Assembly (NCBI GenBank): GCA_964637315.1
Contig: CAZWTT010000001.1
Coordinates: 149,366-213,365 of the forward strand
Direction of reading: 5' to 3'
Length of the DNA: 64,000 bases
Source of the DNA: an uncultured Dehalococcoidia bacterium
GTDB taxonomy: Bacteria > Chloroflexota > Dehalococcoidia > Lucifugimonadales > UBA2962
Part shown: one piece after another, positions 59,586 through 64,000 of the stretch
Numbering within the stretch: position 1 is the stretch's first letter
Layout of the letters: each line of letters starts with the position of its first letter
Notes under the pieces: model-generated
Databases searched by the model: none
What the model was told of the DNA's origin: nothing
Seen by the model: only the letters and a program-made list of their open reading frames with translations
Program-made: the position numbers and the translations under genes

Positions 59586-60641
59586 TTAACTGAAGGCCAG
59601 GGCCCGGGCCGGGTTGTGGATGAGTATCTTGTCGATCTGGGCCCCGGTAAATCCCATGCTCCTCATGCGCGGAACGATATTGTTGATGATGTGGGCGTAG
59701 CCCTTGCCACCGTTGCGACGCATGTGCCACTTGCGGCAGATGTCGTGGGCGATGACCACCTGATCCTCAAAGCCCTCTTCTAGGAGAAAGGCGATCCTGT
59801 GCAGCCTCTCGCCGTCGTTGGGCATGTTGATGACGCGGTCCACGAACGGCCCGGTGTCTTCCCAACTGAAGATGTCGTACTCTAGGAAGCACCCGGTCTC
59901 AGCCAGCGACTTGAGGGCGCCGAAGTCTTCGATAGCCGCATCTAGGTGTCCCAGAATGCAGCGGACGGGGTCCGCGCCACCGGCGACCAGCTCGTCGAGG
60001 ATGCCCGCCGGCGAATCATCGTGCGTGCCGGAGTGGATGGTGACGGGTGCTCCGGTCTCGGCCTGGGCCCTGCCGGACGCGCGCAGGATTTTGATTTCGT
60101 TGTCGGTGAGGGGATAGAAATTGCCCACCTCGCCGATGATGCCGCTCTTGATTCCCGTGTCGCCGACGCCCACGGTCACGTCGGTGACGATCTCGTCGGT
60201 CAGTTGGTCTTCAGTGCGCTCGTCCATGTCCGGCGGGTGGGACCAGGTGACGTAGTAGCTCGACCCCATGACCACGTTCAGGCCGGTCGCGCGAGAGATG
60301 CGCGCCAGTGCAAGAGGGTCGCGGCCGATGCCGACGCTGGTGGTGTCGACGAAAGACCCGCCGCCGACGTGCTTGAATTCCAGTACGCCCTCGATTGCCG
60401 CCGTCTCTTCGAACATCCTGCTGCCATCCAAGTGATGGTTGTAGAGGCCGTCGGGCTGAGACGTCATCTCGGCGTAGAAGGGGATGTCCCTGAGGGCACG
60501 CATACTGGCGTACTCGGACTCGCGGAAGTAGCAGGTTGTGTCCAGCAGCATGTGCTCGTGCATCAGCGTGATGCCGAGTTGTCCCGGCTCAATCGGTCCG
60601 AGAACCGTCTGCACCATGCCTGTGGGGCCTTCGTCGGCCAT
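59586..60641 (-). CDS. Phosphotriesterase-related amidohydrolase (Php-like)
   Basis: VQTVLGPI, MHEH, GIGRDP, GIIGEVG, TIH, GHLD, AHD; GAGGAGG SD. Confidence 0.92.
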   Translation of the reverse strand: MADEGPTGMVQTVLGPIEPGQLGITLMHEHMLLDTTCYFRESEYASMRALRDIPFYAEMTSQPDGLYNHHLDGSRMFEETAAIEGVLEFKHVGGGSFVDTTSVGIGRDPLALARISRATGLNVVMGSSYYVTWSHPPDMDERTEDQLTDEIVTDVTVGVGDTGIKSGIIGEVGNFYPLTDNEIKILRASGRAQAETGAPVTIHSGTHDDSPAGILDELVAGGADPVRCILGHLDAAIEDFGALKSLAETGCFLEYDIFSWEDTGPFVDRVINMPNDGERLHRIAFLLEEGFEDQVVIAHDICRKWHMRRNGGKGYAHIINNIVPRMRSMGFTGAQIDKILIHNPARALAFS

Positions 60642-60785
60642 TGTCGCCTCCTCGACTTCGTCCATGCCCTGGCGTCGGAGCGGCGGTGGCACCGCCTCGC
60701 CGGGGTGAGCACGTTGTATCACGGGCGACTTGTAGCGTCAACGGCGCCCCAAGCGGATGACCCAAGTGGGTGGAAGGAGGGGTGG

Positions 60786-61802
60786 TTAGAGGGACGCGTC
60801 AACGCGGCGTCGCAGACCCTCGATCCAGCGCGAGACTAGGGCGTCTGAGGAGACGATGACGGCGGACCTGGCAATCATCCAGTACACCCACCTTCGAGTC
60901 ACTTTCGCCGCTTGGCCAGAGGTCAGCCACTGGCGTCGCCTCGCCAGGATGGCAAGTGTCTGCAGACCGATCAGCATGGGCCATAGATTCGCCAACCTGA
61001 GTCGCCGTTCGTGCCCTGGGGTGGCGAGGATGTAGCTCTGCGCCTCGGTGTAGTGGTCCAGTGTGATCTTCATCAAGGCCCGCAGCACCGGCCGCGCCCT
61101 GTCGGAGGCCCCGGGGTCGAGGAGGTCTTCGGGCGACAGACCCAGCGCCGTCAGCTCGTCGAGCGGCAGGTAGCAGCGACCGGTGCGCAGGTCGGCGGGT
61201 ACGTCGCGCAGGATGTTGGTGAGCTGGAGCGCCTTGCCGAAACGGATCCCGGTCTCGGACATGGCGGGAACGTCCCAACCGGACAGCGACCGGATGTGGG
61301 CGGCCGATATCTCGGTCCAGAAGTGGCCCACACATCCGGCGACGAGGTATATGTAGCGGTCCGTGGCCTCGAGGTCTGGTAGCGCTGCCATCTGGCCGGA
61401 GTCCTCCGAGGGAAACGTCGTCAGGTCCATCTCCATGCCCTCGGTGAGGGTGGTGACGACCGACCGAATCCTGCCCGCGTCGGCATCGTCGGTCTCCTCA
61501 AGCCGGGCAAACAAAAGGGGAAGCGATCTGAGCAGTTCGGCCTCGGCGAGTGAGGTCCGGGACGAGACTAGGTCACCGGTGATTCTTTCGAGCGCTACTT
61601 CGGACGACGGCCCGGCGACCTGCGCTCGGAACGCCAGCAGGTGCTTGAGTCGTGAGACCGAGGGAACGGCACGGGTATCGGAGATGGTGTCGGCGGCCCG
61701 TGCCAGCAGGTAGGCTAGCCCGACCGGCGGTCGCAGTGGCTCCAGTAGCACACGCAGCGACAGGTAAAATGTCCGGGAGTTGCGCCTAAGTAGGCTTTGC
61801 AG
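60786..61802 (-). CDS. Squalene/phytoene synthase family protein; non-canonical start likely (CTG 61802 or GTA 61820)
   Basis: SRTFYLSL lies upstream of the first GTG; RAADTISD, Y.YLVAGCVG.FW, LQLTNILRD, GRCYLP. Confidence 0.9.
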   Translation of the reverse strand: MQSLLRRNSRTFYLSLRVLLEPLRPPVGLAYLLARAADTISDTRAVPSVSRLKHLLAFRAQVAGPSSEVALERITGDLVSSRTSLAEAELLRSLPLLFARLEETDDADAGRIRSVVTTLTEGMEMDLTTFPSEDSGQMAALPDLEATDRYIYLVAGCVGHFWTEISAAHIRSLSGWDVPAMSETGIRFGKALQLTNILRDVPADLRTGRCYLPLDELTALGLSPEDLLDPGASDRARPVLRALMKITLDHYTEAQSYILATPGHERRLRLANLWPMLIGLQTLAILARRRQWLTSGQAAKVTRRWVYWMIARSAVIVSSDALVSRWIEGLRRRVDASL

Positions 61803-61816
61803 GTCCGTGTTGGTGG

Positions 61817-62983
61817 CTACGGCGTGTACAGCTCCGTTTCGGCCAGGACAGTCTCGGCGATGGCGCTCTGACCGCCAACCAGCAGCACCCGTCCGTCATC
61901 GAGCAGGCTCGCGGTATACCGGTACCGGTCGAAGTTCATGTCCCCGGCCGATTGCCAAGAGTTGGTGGTTGGGTCGTACAGTTCGGCCGACTGACGCCTG
62001 CCGACGCCTCCCGCCACAAGCACCCGTCCGTCGTTGAGAAGTGTGGCGGTGTGCTCGGCGCGCGAGATCGACATCTCGCCCGCGGCAGACCATGTGTTGG
62101 TCGCCGGGTCGTACACATCCGCACTCGCCCTTTTCCCCATGCCGCCGGCGACCATTACGCGGCCGTCCGACAGCAACGTCGCGGTATGCAGGGCCCGTCC
62201 CGTGCTCATCTCCCCCGCCGCCGACCAGCTATCGTTGGCCGGGTCGTACACCTCGGCGGTTGCGATGTAGGGGCCGTCGAACTTGCCGCCACCAGTAACG
62301 AGGACGCGGCCGTCCGACAGGAGTGTGGCGGTGTGCAGGGCCCTGCCGATGCTCATCTCCGCGGTCAGGGTCCACTCGCCCGTCGCCTGATCGTAAATCT
62401 CGGAATGGGCCTGCTGCTGGAAGGTTTTTGACTTGCCCCCGGTCACGATCACGCGACCGTCGGTGAGCACGACCGGCGCCCCCTGCTCCCGGTGCTTGAG
62501 CATCTTGCCGGTCATGGTCCACTCGCCGGTGTCCGGGTCCCATACCTCGGCCGTCTTGTGAGGGTCAAGTCGGTTGTCGTTGCCCCCGGCGAGCAGGACC
62601 TTGCCGTCCGGTAGCACGGCTATGGTGGGGAACTGGCGGTCTTCGAGCGTGACGCCGGTGTTCGTCCATCGGCCCGAGGCCGGGTCGTAAATCTCGGCGG
62701 TCCGGTGGACTATGGGCCATTCGCTGACGCCCTTGCCCCTGCCGCCAACTGCCAAGACGCGACCGTCGGGCAGCTTGACAGCGCCGTGGTACTGGCGGTC
62801 GTTACCCATCTCGCCGGTGAGCGCGAAGGCGCCGACGGCACCCACTCCGCTCACCGGCGAGATGGAGACGCTCTCAGTGCCGTCCGACGTGGCCGTGGTT
62901 TCGGAAGCCGGAGAACTGCTACACGCCACCGCCACGAGTGCCACTAGGGCTAGCGAGGCGGCGAGTGTCCAAAAGCGGCCCAT
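61817..62983 (-). CDS. Kelch-repeat beta-propeller lipoprotein
   Basis: Lipobox VAVAC; 7 repeats of R..HTATLL.DGRVLV.GG...AE.YDP...W. Confidence 0.88.
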   Translation of the reverse strand: MGRFWTLAASLALVALVAVACSSSPASETTATSDGTESVSISPVSGVGAVGAFALTGEMGNDRQYHGAVKLPDGRVLAVGGRGKGVSEWPIVHRTAEIYDPASGRWTNTGVTLEDRQFPTIAVLPDGKVLLAGGNDNRLDPHKTAEVWDPDTGEWTMTGKMLKHREQGAPVVLTDGRVIVTGGKSKTFQQQAHSEIYDQATGEWTLTAEMSIGRALHTATLLSDGRVLVTGGGKFDGPYIATAEVYDPANDSWSAAGEMSTGRALHTATLLSDGRVMVAGGMGKRASADVYDPATNTWSAAGEMSISRAEHTATLLNDGRVLVAGGVGRRQSAELYDPTTNSWQSAGDMNFDRYRYTASLLDDGRVLLVGGQSAIAETVLAETELYTP

Positions 62984-63088
62984 CGCGGGTGCGTGACGAG
63001 GAGTTTTGGTTTGTAAAATCGCTATTTGTATTTCCACGACGCTTCTGCGAGGTTCGATCTCGGCTTGGTGGTATCAGCCCCGAGGGGC

Positions 63089-63159
63089 CTGCCCGGCCAG
63101 GATTCGAACCTGGGTTAAAGGCTCCAAAGGCCTCTGTGCTACCACTACACCACCGGGCA
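63089..63159 (-). tRNA. tRNA-Gln (anticodon TTG)
   Basis: TGCCCGG acceptor stem (U1-A72), GAGGC-CTTTGGA-GCCTT anticodon arm, GGTTCGAATCC; CCA not encoded. Confidence 0.95.
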
Positions 63160-63203
63160 AAGAAGGCAGACGGCTCGTGAGAGTCGCCACATGAGAAAGA
63201 GCC

Positions 63204-63521
63204 TCAGGTCAGCCACTCGTCGTCCCCAGGCATCTCGTCGTCGTCGGCCGGCGTGTATCGTGGCCCTCCCCCGAGGTAGCCGAGCCGCTGAAGCAGCTGG
63301 TGCGCGTTGGGTAACCAGCCGATCCCGAAGGTCGTGGGAGCGAACAGCCGATCATCCGATGGGTTCCACAGTCTTTGCTTCACTTCGTTGATGGAGGGGA
63401 CCCGCCAGTCGAACGGCACACCCAGGAACCGGCCGTGTGACTTTTTCGACTTTATTGAATAGGCGACTGTGGCGACCGTAAACAGGAGTAGGGCGGTCTT
63501 GATTTTGTTTCGCTTGCTCAC
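63204..63521 (-). CDS. Small membrane protein (DUF5808-like)
   Basis: GVPFDWR.P, WNP.D.RLF.P..FGIGW..N; GTG start; TATAAT upstream. Confidence 0.72.
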   Translation of the reverse strand: MSKRNKIKTALLLFTVATVAYSIKSKKSHGRFLGVPFDWRVPSINEVKQRLWNPSDDRLFAPTTFGIGWLPNAHQLLQRLGYLGGGPRYTPADDDEMPGDDEWLT

Positions 63522-63608
63522 GATCGCTATCCCGTAGGCACTAGAACCTGACCACGCATTATACTTGGCCGACCTGTGCAGAGGTGTCTTTATGCCAGGG
63601 GTGTTTGT

Positions 63609-64000
63609 ATGACGGAAGATATCTACTTCGACGTCGTCGTCGTCGGTGCCGGAAACGCGGCGCTCTGTGCGGCCCTGTCGGCTCGGGAAGCGGGCGCAAG
63701 CGTCGTGGTGCTGGAAAAGGCTCCCCGGTCGGCCCAGGGCGGAAACTGCTCCTTCACCGGAGGCGGCTTTCGTTTCACCCACGAAGGGCTTGCCGATATC
63801 CGTACCCTCCTACCGGCCGATGCAGACCTCGGTCGCTCGTCCATGGATCCGTACACGACCGACGACTTCCGGCGGCACTTCCAAGAAGCCACCCACGGCG
63901 ACACCAGTGACGAGCTCGTGGAGGTCGTGATCGCCCAGTCTCGACCGACCGTGGATTGGATGCATGCTCGCGGCGTTACCTGGGAACTGTACGTTAACCC
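63609..64000 (+). CDS. tcuA: FAD-dependent tricarballylate dehydrogenase-like flavoprotein (5' part, runs off the window)
   Basis: FDVVVVGAGNAALCAALSAREAGASVVVLEKAP...GGNCSFTGG. Confidence 0.75.
   Translation, partial: MTEDIYFDVVVVGAGNAALCAALSAREAGASVVVLEKAPRSAQGGNCSFTGGGFRFTHEGLADIRTLLPADADLGRSSMDPYTTDDFRRHFQEATHGDTSDELVEVVIAQSRPTVDWMHARGVTWELYVN

Noticed and set aside
61817-62830. Periodic DNA repeats resembling an array
   Set aside because: Explained by Kelch protein repeats; no CRISPR-like identical repeats with unique spacers anywhere in the window

Overview
High-GC bacterial chromosome segment, most likely Chloroflexota/Dehalococcoidia (SAR202-like). This placement is inferred from the large Alu-domain SRP RNA, npdG, the hspR-grpE-dnaK layout and the SDR paralog expansion. 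Most of the window is housekeeping and metabolic genes: 4 tandem SDRs, dinG, ispE, rsmA, ffs, lepA, uppP, a CoA-transferase pair, peptidases, xdhC/mocA, sthA, dnaK, EF-G2, etfAB, metF, ilvD, rsmG, tenA/thiD, bioY, tcuA and two tRNAs. It also holds a decayed ~3.4 kb island in tRNA-Leu(TAG) and two pseudogene scars flanking lepA. Most notable observations: (1) a protein resembling McbB/cucumopine synthase (Pictet-Spenglerase family) over its full length ends an N-methylglutamate-synthase-like glxBCD operon, next to an MFS transporter, a GS-family ligase and a PTE-family hydrolase. (2) A 41-bp inverted repeat pair brackets that cassette. (3) At least six genes have conserved N-termini that need, or strongly suggest, non-canonical start codons (CTG/ATT/ATA/GTA). 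(4) Three Cys-rich microproteins were missed by the ORF track. All family assignments come from motif recognition by eye; no searches were run.
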